This document shows, one piece after another, positions 26,134 to 37,579 of a stretch of 47,274 nt of DNA. Positions within the stretch are counted from its first letter, which is position 1. Every line of letters starts with the position of its first letter. A program made the position numbers and the translations under genes. The DNA is from Minisyncoccota bacterium. Its GTDB lineage: Bacteria > Patescibacteriota > Minisyncoccia > UBA6257 > 2-01-FULL-56-20. Under the pieces are notes generated by a model, which saw only the letters and a list, made by a program, of their open reading frames with translations, did not search any database and was not told the origin of the DNA. The DNA lies in the NCBI GenBank assembly GCA_035541415.1, contig DATKNI010000036.1, positions 1 through 47,274 of the forward strand, given 5' to 3'.

Positions 26134-27471
26134 CTAACCGATAACTTCTTTGCCAACAAAGGGTTGCAGGACTTTGGGAACCTTCACCTTCCCGTCTTTG
26201 GTCTGATAATTTTCAAGGATGGCGATGAAGATGCGCGGGCTCGGCAGCGCCGTATTGTTGAGCATGTATACGAACTTCTTGTCGCCGTTCGCATCAACAT
26301 ATTTCACGTTGAGCCGGCGGGACTGCCAATCGAGGAAATTGCTCGCCGATCCGGTCTCCGCCCACCGGTTCATGCCGGGGAGCCACGCCTCGGTGTCGAA
26401 CTGGCGGTACTTTCCGGCGCCGAGGTCGCCCGTGCAGATGAGCAACCGGCGATACGGCAAGCCAAGTTCGCGGTGCATTTCGGCGGAGATATCGAGCATC
26501 TCTTCTTGCAATTTATTCGTAAGCTCGATATCCGCAGGAGCAAGAATCACCTGCTCAACTTTCATAAACTCATGCACGCGGTACATCCCTTTGACATCTT
26601 TGCCGTAGCTTCCGATCTCGCTCCGATAGCATTGGCTGTATCCGGAATGTTTGAGCGGCAGCTGGTCGGCTTTCAAAACCTGATCGGCGTAATACGCAAG
26701 GAGCGAGGGTTCGGCGGTACCGACCAAAAACTTCTTGTCTTTGCTTGCTTCCCCGCTCGCTTCCTTATCGGCGGTTGCAACTTCGTAAATCTCGTCTTTC
26801 TCCGGGTCGTACTCATCGAATTTGAAATATCCCGTGCCGAACAACGCGAATTCTTTGACGAGCGTCGGCGGGATCATCGGTGCGTAGCCCTTTTCAACCA
26901 TCTTTTTTACGGCGTACATCATGACGCCCATCGCGAGGAGAACGCCGTCGTTCTTTAAATAATAGCCGCGGAACCCGGCGACTTTTGTGCCGGCTTCAAA
27001 ATCCACAATGTCGAGCGACTCGCCAAGTTCGATGTGCGTCTTTGGTTTGAAATCAAACGGGTTCGGAAGCTTACTTTCGTCGCTGTAAATGGGGGCGCTG
27101 CTCGGCTTGGTGTGCGCCTCGCCGGGAATCCAGCGCACAACTTCTTGGTTATCATTCTCGCCGTCGCCTACGGGAACATCCGGCGCAATGATGTTCGGCA
27201 CCCACGACATGAGCGTCTTGTATTTCCGCTCGATCGCATCAAAATGACTTTCGGATTCAATCTTTTTGAACTCCTCTTTGAGGCGGGCCCCTTCGGCGCG
27301 ATCTTTCGCTTTTTTCTGTTCGGCGCGGATATTCTCGAGTTTGGTCATGATCTCCCGGCGTTCCTTGTCGGTCTCGAGAAGATCGTCCAGGACTGCGGGA
27401 TCGAGTCCCTTTTTCTTTGCCGCATCCCTCACTTCGTCCGCATGTTCCCGGATAAATTTGATATCTAACAT
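26134..27471 (-). CDS. serS: Serine--tRNA ligase
   Basis: MLDIKFIRE, GTAEPSL, YRSEIGSYGKD..G.YRVHEF.KVEQ, LNNTALPSPR. Confidence 0.97.
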   Translation of the reverse strand: MLDIKFIREHADEVRDAAKKKGLDPAVLDDLLETDKERREIMTKLENIRAEQKKAKDRAEGARLKEEFKKIESESHFDAIERKYKTLMSWVPNIIAPDVPVGDGENDNQEVVRWIPGEAHTKPSSAPIYSDESKLPNPFDFKPKTHIELGESLDIVDFEAGTKVAGFRGYYLKNDGVLLAMGVMMYAVKKMVEKGYAPMIPPTLVKEFALFGTGYFKFDEYDPEKDEIYEVATADKEASGEASKDKKFLVGTAEPSLLAYYADQVLKADQLPLKHSGYSQCYRSEIGSYGKDVKGMYRVHEFMKVEQVILAPADIELTNKLQEEMLDISAEMHRELGLPYRRLLICTGDLGAGKYRQFDTEAWLPGMNRWAETGSASNFLDWQSRRLNVKYVDANGDKKFVYMLNNTALPSPRIFIAILENYQTKDGKVKVPKVLQPFVGKEVIG

Positions 27472-27511
27472 AATGCGTTTATTGTAGCGCGAACCGGCCA
27501 AATTTCAATGA

Positions 27512-27540
27512 TTGACGCCGAAGCTGAATCGGTCTACGCT
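27512..27540 (+). promoter_or_regulatory. thrS promoter, leaderless-type
   Basis: TTGACG - 17 nt - TACGCT, 6 nt before ATG 27547. Confidence 0.6.
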
Positions 27541-27546
27541 GGACTA

Positions 27547-29298
27547 ATGGCCAAAGAAGCCAATCCCAAAGATCTTGACGGCATCCGCCACTCGCTGGCA
27601 CACCTCCTCGCGGCGGCGGTCCTCGAAAAGTTTCCCAATGCCAAACTGGGCGTCGGCCCCGTCATTGAAAACGGCTTCTATTATGATTTCGACCTCCCCC
27701 GCCCGCTCACGCCCGACGATCTTAAGGACCTTGAGAAATCGATGCACAAGCTCGTCAACAAAAAGCTTCCCTTCACCGGACGCGAAGTTTCCGCTGCCGA
27801 AGCCAAAAAACTTTTTACACAGCAGCCGTTTAAGCTCGATTTAATAAAAGAATTTTCGGCCGAAGGGCAGAAGCTCACGGTTTATGAAACCGGCACCGTC
27901 TTTATGGATCTCTGCCGCGGCGGCCACGTTGAAAACACGTCCGAGATTCCGGCCGATGCGTTCACGCTCGACAAGATTGCCGGAGCCTACTGGCGCGGCG
28001 ATGAAAAGAATCCCATGCTCCAGCGCATCTATGGACTGGCTTTTGCGAACAAAGACGCCTTGAACGATTATCTCGCGATGCGCGAAGAAGCCAAGAAGCG
28101 CGACCATAAAGTGCTCGGCCCGGCGCTCGATCTCTTCACGTTTTCGGAACTCGTTGGCCCCGGTTTGCCGCTCTGGACGCCAAAGGGCACGCTCGTGCGC
28201 AACCTCCTCGATGATTTTGTCTGGAGCCTCCGCAAAAAGCGCGGCTACATGAAAGTGGAAATCCCGCACATCACCAAAAAAGATCTCTATGTGGTGAGCG
28301 GCCATTGGGATAAATATAAGGATGAGCTCTTCCGGTTTAAGACGCGCGAAGGACATGAATTTGCCATGAAGCCGATGAACTGCCCGCACCACACGCAAAT
28401 CTACGCCCGCCGCCCGTGGAGTTATCGCGAGCTTCCTCAGCGATACGCGAATACCACCGTCTGTTATCGCGATGAACAAACCGGCGAACTTTCAGGCCTC
28501 TCGCGCGTCCGCGCATTCGCGCAAGACGACGCGCACGTGTTCGCCCGCATGGCGCAAGCCAAAGAAGAGTTTTTGAAGATCTGGGATATCGTGCACGAAT
28601 TTTATGGCGCGTTCGGATTCGCCCTTCGCGTGCGGCTTTCGCTCCACGATCCGGCGCATCCCGAAAACATCATCGGCGACGAAAAACATTGGAAGCTCGC
28701 CGAGGACATGCTTCGCAAAATTGCCGAGGAGAAAAAAGCGGACGCGTTCGAAGGCATCGGTGAAGCCGCCTTCTACGGCCCCAAGCTCGATTTCATGGTG
28801 AAAGATGCGCTCGGCCGCGATTGGCAGGTCGCCACGATCCAGCTCGACTTCAACCAGCCGGAACGCTTTGACCTCACCTGCACCAACGAGAAAGGCGAGA
28901 AGGAGCGCATCGTCATGATCCATGCGGCAATCATGGGCTCGCTCGAACGCTTCCTTTCGATCCTCATCGAACACACCGGCGGCCAATTCCCCGTTTGGCT
29001 TGCACCAGTGCAGGCCGTTATCGTTCCCGTGAGCGACAAGTTCGCCGATTATGCGAACGCCGTGCACAACGAGCTCGAAGCAGCTGGCGTCCGTTCGGAA
29101 CTCGCCGACGCCAATGAGTCGCTCGGCAAGCGCATCCGCGCCGCGGAGCTCATGAAAGTCCCCTACGTGCTCGTCGTCGGCGAAAAGGAAGTCGCCGCAC
29201 GGAGCGTCGCGGTGCGCAGCCGCAAAGGTGATGAAGGCGCGATGCCCGCACAAGATTTTATTAAAAAAATCGAAAAGGAAATTATAGAAAAGAAATAG
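27547..29298 (+). CDS. thrS: Threonine--tRNA ligase (no N-terminal TGS domain)
   Basis: RHSLAHLLA, DLCRGGH, LQRIYG, KPMNCPHH, GLSRVRAFAQDDAH, FYGPKLD, HAAIMGSLERF. Confidence 0.97.
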   Translation: MAKEANPKDLDGIRHSLAHLLAAAVLEKFPNAKLGVGPVIENGFYYDFDLPRPLTPDDLKDLEKSMHKLVNKKLPFTGREVSAAEAKKLFTQQPFKLDLIKEFSAEGQKLTVYETGTVFMDLCRGGHVENTSEIPADAFTLDKIAGAYWRGDEKNPMLQRIYGLAFANKDALNDYLAMREEAKKRDHKVLGPALDLFTFSELVGPGLPLWTPKGTLVRNLLDDFVWSLRKKRGYMKVEIPHITKKDLYVVSGHWDKYKDELFRFKTREGHEFAMKPMNCPHHTQIYARRPWSYRELPQRYANTTVCYRDEQTGELSGLSRVRAFAQDDAHVFARMAQAKEEFLKIWDIVHEFYGAFGFALRVRLSLHDPAHPENIIGDEKHWKLAEDMLRKIAEEKKADAFEGIGEAAFYGPKLDFMVKDALGRDWQVATIQLDFNQPERFDLTCTNEKGEKERIVMIHAAIMGSLERFLSILIEHTGGQFPVWLAPVQAVIVPVSDKFADYANAVHNELEAAGVRSELADANESLGKRIRAAELMKVPYVLVVGEKEVAARSVAVRSRKGDEGAMPAQDFIKKIEKEIIEKK

Positions 29299-29332
29299 AC
29301 CCCACAGCAGATGCCGTGGGGTCTTTTGTTTT
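29298..29332 (+). terminator. thrS terminator
   Basis: GACCCCAC...GTGGGGTC-TTTTGTTTT. Confidence 0.75.
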
Positions 29333-29352
29333 GCACGCGAGGGGGTATTGGA

Positions 29353-29706
29353 TCAGTGTATCAATTCTGCGCGTTGGTCGATCGTTGAGATCCTCCGAAA
29401 GAAGACAGCGTCCTTCCGGCAGGTTTCAAATACGCCGGTAGGCCGATCGAATTTGTCGACAAGCTCAAAAAGCACGATGGGGGCAACTGGCTTCTTGCCC
29501 TTTTTTCCGACAAGCCGCTGAACTCCGTGTGAACGCCCGAACCTGATTTTGCCGGAAGATTTTATCCAGCCGAATACAATCTCTTGATTTCTGAAATTGA
29601 TAGGCTGCTTGAGGGGAATGCACGAGGTCCTTACAAGATCCGCACATGCTTGCCGTTCATCTTCCAATTGGCTCGTTTCAAAATATCTCGTTCTTTCTGC
29701 GCTCAT
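29353..29706 (-). CDS. Hypothetical protein (117 aa)
   Basis: ORF with GGAG SD and a consensus promoter upstream. Confidence 0.6.
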   Translation of the reverse strand: MSAERTRYFETSQLEDERQACADLVRTSCIPLKQPINFRNQEIVFGWIKSSGKIRFGRSHGVQRLVGKKGKKPVAPIVLFELVDKFDRPTGVFETCRKDAVFFRRISTIDQRAELIH

Positions 29707-29746
29707 ATGAACGCTCCCTTCTGTGGGGTTTTAAAATTCCATTATC

Positions 29747-29774
29747 ATTATACTACATATTATCTATATGTCAA
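29747..29774 (-). promoter_or_regulatory. Consensus sigma70 promoter
   Basis: TTGACA (29774-29769) - 16 nt - TATAAT (29752-29747). Confidence 0.75.
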
Positions 29775-29784
29775 TGTCCGGCTA

Positions 29785-29812
29785 TTGACGGCCATTTAAA
29801 ATATGATAAAAT
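29785..29812 (+). promoter_or_regulatory. Sigma70 promoter
   Basis: TTGACG - 16 nt - TAAAAT with TGA extension. Confidence 0.7.
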
Positions 29813-29854
29813 ATATACCAGTCCCTCGTACGTCCCATCGTTAGGAGGCATGCT

Positions 29855-30352
29855 GTGTCCGAAAAGACCAAACTCCCCGATTACACCACGCTGCTCGCGC
29901 GTGTCCGCGGCACCAAACAGACCAATTCACTCGCCTTCCACATCGAAGGCATCCTGTCCCAATCGAGGATCAAAAATCGCGACGAGCGCATGGCGCTCCT
30001 CACTGAACTTCATTTTGAAGTCAGCGGCAAGGAACTCCGCATCAACCAAAAGCCGGACATCCTTCCGGAAACCCAGTTGGACAAAGTGAGGACCATCGCC
30101 GACCGCGCCGCTTCCCTCTATAGGCGTGGCTTCAAGGAGATGATCGCCGAAAAACCTGCCTTGAAAGCTGTTGATGCTTCAATGCGGCACTTCAACATTC
30201 CCGAAGATGATCAACCCGATCTTCGTTCGGCCGTACTCAAAGAACTTGCCTATCGCAGCAACGGCGGCCGGCCTTCAACAAAAACAGCAAAGTCCGCCCA
30301 GGATTTCGTCGACTCCCCGAGGGGTCTCATCCCGCTCAGCCTAACAAGCTGA
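29855..30352 (+). CDS. Hypothetical protein (165 aa, predicted helical)
   Basis: SD AGGAGG at 29843-29848, GTG start 6 nt later. Confidence 0.7.
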   Translation: MSEKTKLPDYTTLLARVRGTKQTNSLAFHIEGILSQSRIKNRDERMALLTELHFEVSGKELRINQKPDILPETQLDKVRTIADRAASLYRRGFKEMIAEKPALKAVDASMRHFNIPEDDQPDLRSAVLKELAYRSNGGRPSTKTAKSAQDFVDSPRGLIPLSLTS

Positions 30353-30374
30353 GCGGTTTATATTTTTTTAATGA

Positions 30375-30860
30375 TTAATTATTCCCAAAAACAACCGGTA
30401 TGCTGAATGACATATCGTTCTGCGGCGCGCCGGACGGGTTATCTTTTGCGAACACGATCATGCCGTTTGCCGTATCCGGTTTTGTGAATGATATGGTCGC
30501 CGTAAACGGCACGGTGCCGGTGGTCGTCCAATCTCCTTGCGCCTGCGCCTGACCCCGCCCGAGAATCGCGCCGTTCGAATCCATCACTTTCACCGGGAAT
30601 GTCGCTTCAAAGAACCAGCCGCCGCCCGTCACCGATCCCTTGATGGTTAGGGGCGACGCAACGGTCGAACTTGGCAAAGGCTCGGTCACGACAACATGCG
30701 CATCGGGCGATACCACGCCTTGCGTGGTTGACGTGCTGTCCGCCGTTGACGTGCGCACGCCCCCTCCCGGATGCGCCGGAGCTGGTTTCGGATTATAAAA
30801 GAAAAGAACCGCAAGAAGCGCAAAAATAACGACGCCAAGAGTTATGACCAAAGTTTTCAT
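30375..30860 (-). CDS. Membrane-anchored Gmad2 (spore-germination Ig-like) domain protein
   Basis: TM helix; P.P...VASPL.I.G...G.WFFEATFPV...D.NG; F...DNPSG; start at ATG 30860. Confidence 0.85.
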   Translation of the reverse strand: MKTLVITLGVVIFALLAVLFFYNPKPAPAHPGGGVRTSTADSTSTTQGVVSPDAHVVVTEPLPSSTVASPLTIKGSVTGGGWFFEATFPVKVMDSNGAILGRGQAQAQGDWTTTGTVPFTATISFTKPDTANGMIVFAKDNPSGAPQNDMSFSIPVVFGNN

Positions 30861-30901
30861 GCCGGTGTACATCGACATATACGAATCTGGTGCAGGAATG
30901 G

Positions 30902-31177
30902 TTAAGGGTGGATCGCGCCCTCTTTTTTGAGTATTTCGATTTTCTTCTTGGTGCCCCGCGCATACCCTCCAACCGAGCCGTCGGAACGGACCACGCGGTG
31001 ACACGGAACGCGCTGGGTGTCTGGATTGTTGTGCATGATATTGCCGACGGCACGGGCGGCTCGCGGACTTCCGGCGCGACGGGCGACTTCAGCATAGGTC
31101 ATCGTCTTCCCTTTCGGGATCGCTGCGACCACGTCGTAGACCCGTTCGGTAAATGATTTTTGAACCGGGTATTTCAT
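30902..31177 (-). CDS. Single-domain methylated-DNA--protein-cysteine methyltransferase (MGMT family)
   Basis: IPKGKTMTYAEVA...GSPRAARAVG, VPCHRVV active-site motif. Confidence 0.92.
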   Translation of the reverse strand: MKYPVQKSFTERVYDVVAAIPKGKTMTYAEVARRAGSPRAARAVGNIMHNNPDTQRVPCHRVVRSDGSVGGYARGTKKKIEILKKEGAIHP

Positions 31178-31201
31178 GTCTCTATTATATACCTTTACTA
31201 C

Positions 31202-31234
31202 AAAATAAAAGGGCCGGGTTGTGGTACCCGGCCC
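31202..31234 (-). terminator. Rho-independent terminator
   Basis: GGGCCGGGT...ACCCGGCCC with an A-run on the left. Confidence 0.7.
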
Positions 31235-31252
31235 GTTGGTTTTGATGCACTC

Positions 31253-31669
31253 TTACGGAACGACTTGCAATAATCCATCGTTCCGAATCACGAGCATGAT
31301 GATGGGGCATCCTGGAAATCGACCGCTAACGAGCTCGCCAATCTGCCTCAAAATTCGCTCTGATTCCGCTTCTGATTCCCCTTCGGTCGCGCTGTTTACA
31401 AGAATAATTTTCTGGGCTCCATCCTTCAATACCTCGTCGATCTGATCCAGAATGTCGTCCCGTTGAAACCTGCTCTTCAGCATCCGCCGGGCGCCGCCCA
31501 AGTTATTCACCTCAGTGAATGGAGTTCCCGCTCCAAACATTTTGGCGAAATATTTTTTCATGATGCCTCTGAATCGAGAACTGCCGCTCGCGACAACGCA
31601 AGCTCGCGGACGGACAGTGGCTTCTTCCTTGTCGGCAAGCCTGACCCGCAACACCATTTTCAAAGCCAT
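31253..31669 (-). CDS. Carbonic-anhydrase-like paralog lacking the zinc ligands
   Basis: Aligns by eye with the adjacent CA-like protein; CxDxR replaced by SGSSR and HxxC replaced by SATE. Confidence 0.6.
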   Translation of the reverse strand: MALKMVLRVRLADKEEATVRPRACVVASGSSRFRGIMKKYFAKMFGAGTPFTEVNNLGGARRMLKSRFQRDDILDQIDEVLKDGAQKIILVNSATEGESEAESERILRQIGELVSGRFPGCPIIMLVIRNDGLLQVVP

Positions 31670-31701
31670 AACCCCTCTCGAAAAATTAATTTGCCGGGAA
31701 T

Positions 31702-31730
31702 ATTATATTTGCATTCTTGCTGAATTGCAA
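31702..31730 (-). promoter_or_regulatory. Sigma70 promoter
   Basis: TTGCAA - 17 nt - TATAAT. Confidence 0.7.
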
Positions 31731-31746
31731 GATCTCCGAGGCAAGT

Positions 31747-31772
31747 AAAAAGCCGGGACGCGCGGTCCCGGC
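31747..31772 (-). terminator. Terminator of the atp/CA transcript
   Basis: GCCGGGAC-gcgcg-GTCCCGGC followed by TTTTT on the minus strand. Confidence 0.75.
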
Positions 31773-31788
31773 CTGTATGAAGTTAGCG

Positions 31789-32232
31789 TTACGCCCGATG
31801 AGCGCCGTCGAAATCAAGCAAATATGACTCGACTGGCATTCCCGGGAATTCTTTCTTGAGAAGGCCCGCGGCTTTCTCCATCTCTTCACTTTGGAAAGCG
31901 TACTCCGCTTCCTGAGTGATGAAATTCTTGGAACCGCCGTAGGCTCCGCAGTCGCGGTGAGGCATAAGCACAATCTTGCGGGCGTGATGGAGGGCAATCG
32001 AGATTCTGATTTGCTCAAAAATAAATTTCCGCTCCGCGTCGCTTCCCTGGGTAATCGCCTTTATCCCTCCGGCGACTTCCACCACATCAGGATGCTTGAA
32101 TCCCAACTGTTTCACAAATGCCTTTCGGACTTTATAAATGCGATTATCAAAACACGTTATGATAACCGCTTCGGCGGGGTGGTGGTCGGGTGATGAATCA
32201 AATTCAAAAACTTTTTCCATTGCTACCTGCAT
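31789..32232 (-). CDS. Putative beta-class carbonic anhydrase
   Basis: TCFDNR (CxDxR), VAGG, PHRDCG (HxxC); start overlaps the atpC stop (TAATG). Confidence 0.85.
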   Translation of the reverse strand: MQVAMEKVFEFDSSPDHHPAEAVIITCFDNRIYKVRKAFVKQLGFKHPDVVEVAGGIKAITQGSDAERKFIFEQIRISIALHHARKIVLMPHRDCGAYGGSKNFITQEAEYAFQSEEMEKAAGLLKKEFPGMPVESYLLDFDGAHRA

Positions 32233-32480
32233 TACGCTCGTTCCTCCTCGACGAGAAATCGTCCTTCATTTTGTTTGAATTCCAAAAAACCAGAACTTAC
32301 CGGAATATAATGCTCCTTGGCTTCGTTGTCAACGATTTTCATCGTGCCGCGGTCGAGAATCGAAATGATCGGCTCGTGATTCTGGAGAATGGTGATCTCG
32401 CCGATTTTGGTGCGGCAATTCACCTCGCGGGCTTCGCCCTGGTATAAAACTTTATCGAGTGAATAGACGCCGATTTTCAT
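32232..32480 (-). CDS. atpC: F-type ATP synthase epsilon subunit (N-terminal domain only)
   Basis: GEITILQNHEP, PVSSGFLE; last atp gene; 82 aa. Confidence 0.85.
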   Translation of the reverse strand: MKIGVYSLDKVLYQGEAREVNCRTKIGEITILQNHEPIISILDRGTMKIVDNEAKEHYIPVSSGFLEFKQNEGRFLVEEERA

Positions 32481-32536
32481 AGTATGTTCAAGGTCGTAAT
32501 TTCACACATGGACCAAACGGCATGCTGCACGCGGCG

Positions 32537-33931
<1,395 letters not shown>

Positions 33932-34867
33932 TTAATTTACGGCTGTGGTCCCGGACGTGACCTCGATGATCTGGTTCGTGATCGCGGCCTGGCGTTGTTT
34001 GTTATATACGACGTTTAAGGTTTCTCCAAGATCGCTCGCGTTGTCCGAGGCATTCTTCATCGCCACGCGGCGTGCGGAATGTTCGGATGCGTTCGCTTCG
34101 AGGATCATATGATAGATGCGGATCTTGAGGAGCTGCGGCGCGAGTTCGGCAAGAACCTGGGCTGGCGCCGGCTCAATGATAAATTTTAGATCTTTTTCAT
34201 CAAAAAATGACTCGGATTTTGCGTATTCGGAATAGCGCCCCGCGCGCGGAATCGTTTCTTCGATGGATTCTTTGATCTTTTCATAGCTGATCGGCAAAAA
34301 TTCACGGACAACGGCATCCTGGCGAAGCGCCGTGACGAACGTGGTGAAAAATGCCATCACGCTGTCGAATTCATGGTTCACATATCCCTCGATAAGGGCG
34401 CTCGCGATCGGATCGGCATCCTTCATCTTCATGAGATCGCCGACCCGGATGAACGCGAGGATCACGTTCACTCCTTTGCGCTCGAGATAGGTCTTCGCTT
34501 TCTGGCCAATGGCAACGAACGAATAGCGCGGATCGTGGATGTCGATTCCATTTTCGCGGATATAGCTTTCAAAACGGCGGATGACGGCGCCGTTGAACGA
34601 TCCGGCGAGGCCTTTGTCGGACGTCATAAGAAGGAAGGCGGTCTTTTCCACCGGGCGCGCCTTCAAGAGTTCCGGCATGGGAACGTCTTCCATTTTGGAG
34701 AGCAATCCCAGGAGCTCGAGCGCGGCATAGGCGTACGGGCGCGAATTCAAAGCGGCCTCCTGGCTGCGGCGCATCTTGGTCGCGGCCACGAGCTCCATCG
34801 CTTTGGTGATCTGCCCGATATTTTTAACGCTTCGTATGCGCCGTTGTAAGCTCTGTCCCGATTCCAT
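33932..34867 (-). CDS. atpG: F-type ATP synthase gamma subunit
   Basis: ITKAMELVAATK, SDKGLAG, SEHSARRVAMKNASDNA, RQAAIT. Confidence 0.97.
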   Translation of the reverse strand: MESGQSLQRRIRSVKNIGQITKAMELVAATKMRRSQEAALNSRPYAYAALELLGLLSKMEDVPMPELLKARPVEKTAFLLMTSDKGLAGSFNGAVIRRFESYIRENGIDIHDPRYSFVAIGQKAKTYLERKGVNVILAFIRVGDLMKMKDADPIASALIEGYVNHEFDSVMAFFTTFVTALRQDAVVREFLPISYEKIKESIEETIPRAGRYSEYAKSESFFDEKDLKFIIEPAPAQVLAELAPQLLKIRIYHMILEANASEHSARRVAMKNASDNASDLGETLNVVYNKQRQAAITNQIIEVTSGTTAVN

Positions 34868-34868
34868 G

Positions 34869-36419
<1,551 letters not shown>

Positions 36420-36426
36420 GGTTTAA

Positions 36427-36819
36427 TTAAATATTTTTGAAAACATTGTCGAGTTTGCCGCGCAGGGATCCGTCGAACTGCATTTCGTCGTTCACGACGA
36501 GCCGGATGCCGGCGATAAGCGCGGGGTCGATCGTCCGTTCGACGATGTCGTCTGCCGTGAGGAACTTTGCGATTTCTTTCTCTTGCGCCGCGTTGAGCGG
36601 CCGCGCCGATTCGATGGAAACCTTCCTGATCCCCCCGGCACCGCGGGCGAACCGCCCGGCTTCTTCAAGAATTTTATGGAGATGCACTTCGTCGCCATTG
36701 CGGCGCACCAGCTCCAAAAAATTTTTGACGATCTTGTCCGAATCTTTTTCTCCTTGCTTCTTCGACGCTATAATCACCTCCGCAAGCGCCTTGGCATAGG
36801 TGTGCGTAGGATATTTCAT
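36427..36819 (-). CDS. atpH: F-type ATP synthase delta subunit (short)
   Basis: YAKAL, IDPALIAGI..V.D...DGSL; sits between atpF and atpA. Confidence 0.85.
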   Translation of the reverse strand: MKYPTHTYAKALAEVIIASKKQGEKDSDKIVKNFLELVRRNGDEVHLHKILEEAGRFARGAGGIRKVSIESARPLNAAQEKEIAKFLTADDIVERTIDPALIAGIRLVVNDEMQFDGSLRGKLDNVFKNI

Positions 36820-37316
36820 GAGCGGCTCACTTCTTTTACTGCCCGCGCAATCAGGGCGTCGTCGATTTTATCCGGCGAAAGCTCGACGGTCTTTGCAATC
36901 GCCATCCGAACCATTGCGGCGGCTTCCCGCTCCATGCCCCGCCGCGACTCTTCTTCTTTTGCGCGGATCGTTGCTTGGGTTGCAGCAAGCTCTTCCGCTT
37001 CTTTGCGCCGGGCTTCGGCCAAAAGCTTTGCCTCAAGCTCCTTTGCGTCGCTTTCCGTTTTCTTGAGGATGCTCATCGCTTTTGCCTCGCCTTCATGGAT
37101 CTTCTCTTTCTTCATCTGCTCCGCTTCGAGCAGGCGCCGGTCGGCTTCATCGGCCTTCGTGAGGCCCTCTTCGATCCGCTGCCGGCGCTCATGCAGCAAC
37201 TTCAAAAGCGGCTGGTAGGCAAAGAAACGCAACGCGATCAAGAGCAATGCAAAATTGACCGCTTGGCTTATAAGCAGGTGCCAATCAATGCCAAGTTGGG
37301 AAATAAGTTGCTGCAT
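36816..37316 (-). CDS. atpF: F-type ATP synthase b subunit
   Basis: LGIDWHLLISQAVNF, PLLKLLHERRQRIEEGL coiled coil. Confidence 0.95.
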   Translation of the reverse strand: MQQLISQLGIDWHLLISQAVNFALLLIALRFFAYQPLLKLLHERRQRIEEGLTKADEADRRLLEAEQMKKEKIHEGEAKAMSILKKTESDAKELEAKLLAEARRKEAEELAATQATIRAKEEESRRGMEREAAAMVRMAIAKTVELSPDKIDDALIARAVKEVSRS

Positions 37317-37322
37317 GCGTTA

Positions 37323-37553
37323 CTAGGCGACGAACTTTAAGATGAGCGCCACGACGAGCGCGTAGATTGCGATAGCTTCGGCGAAGGCGATGGCCAAGAT
37401 AGCCATCGTCTGCACGCGCGAAGCGGCCTCCGGGTTGCGTCCGATGGCATCAACCGCTTTGGAACCGATCCAACCGATCGCGAGCGCGGGAACAATCGTA
37501 CCCATGCCGATAGCGGCCGCGGTGGCGATCAAACGAATACTCTGTACATCCAT
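37323..37553 (-). CDS. atpE: F-type ATP synthase c subunit
   Basis: GRNPEA loop, AFAEAIAIY with the ion-binding Glu. Confidence 0.95.
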   Translation of the reverse strand: MDVQSIRLIATAAAIGMGTIVPALAIGWIGSKAVDAIGRNPEAASRVQTMAILAIAFAEAIAIYALVVALILKFVA

Positions 37554-37579
37554 AGATTTGGTTAGTAAATTTTTAATGA

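Noticed and set aside
37323-37553. Na+-coupled ATP synthase
   Set aside because: The c subunit has E-A rather than the E-S/T and Q signature of Na+ binding; H+ type more likely.
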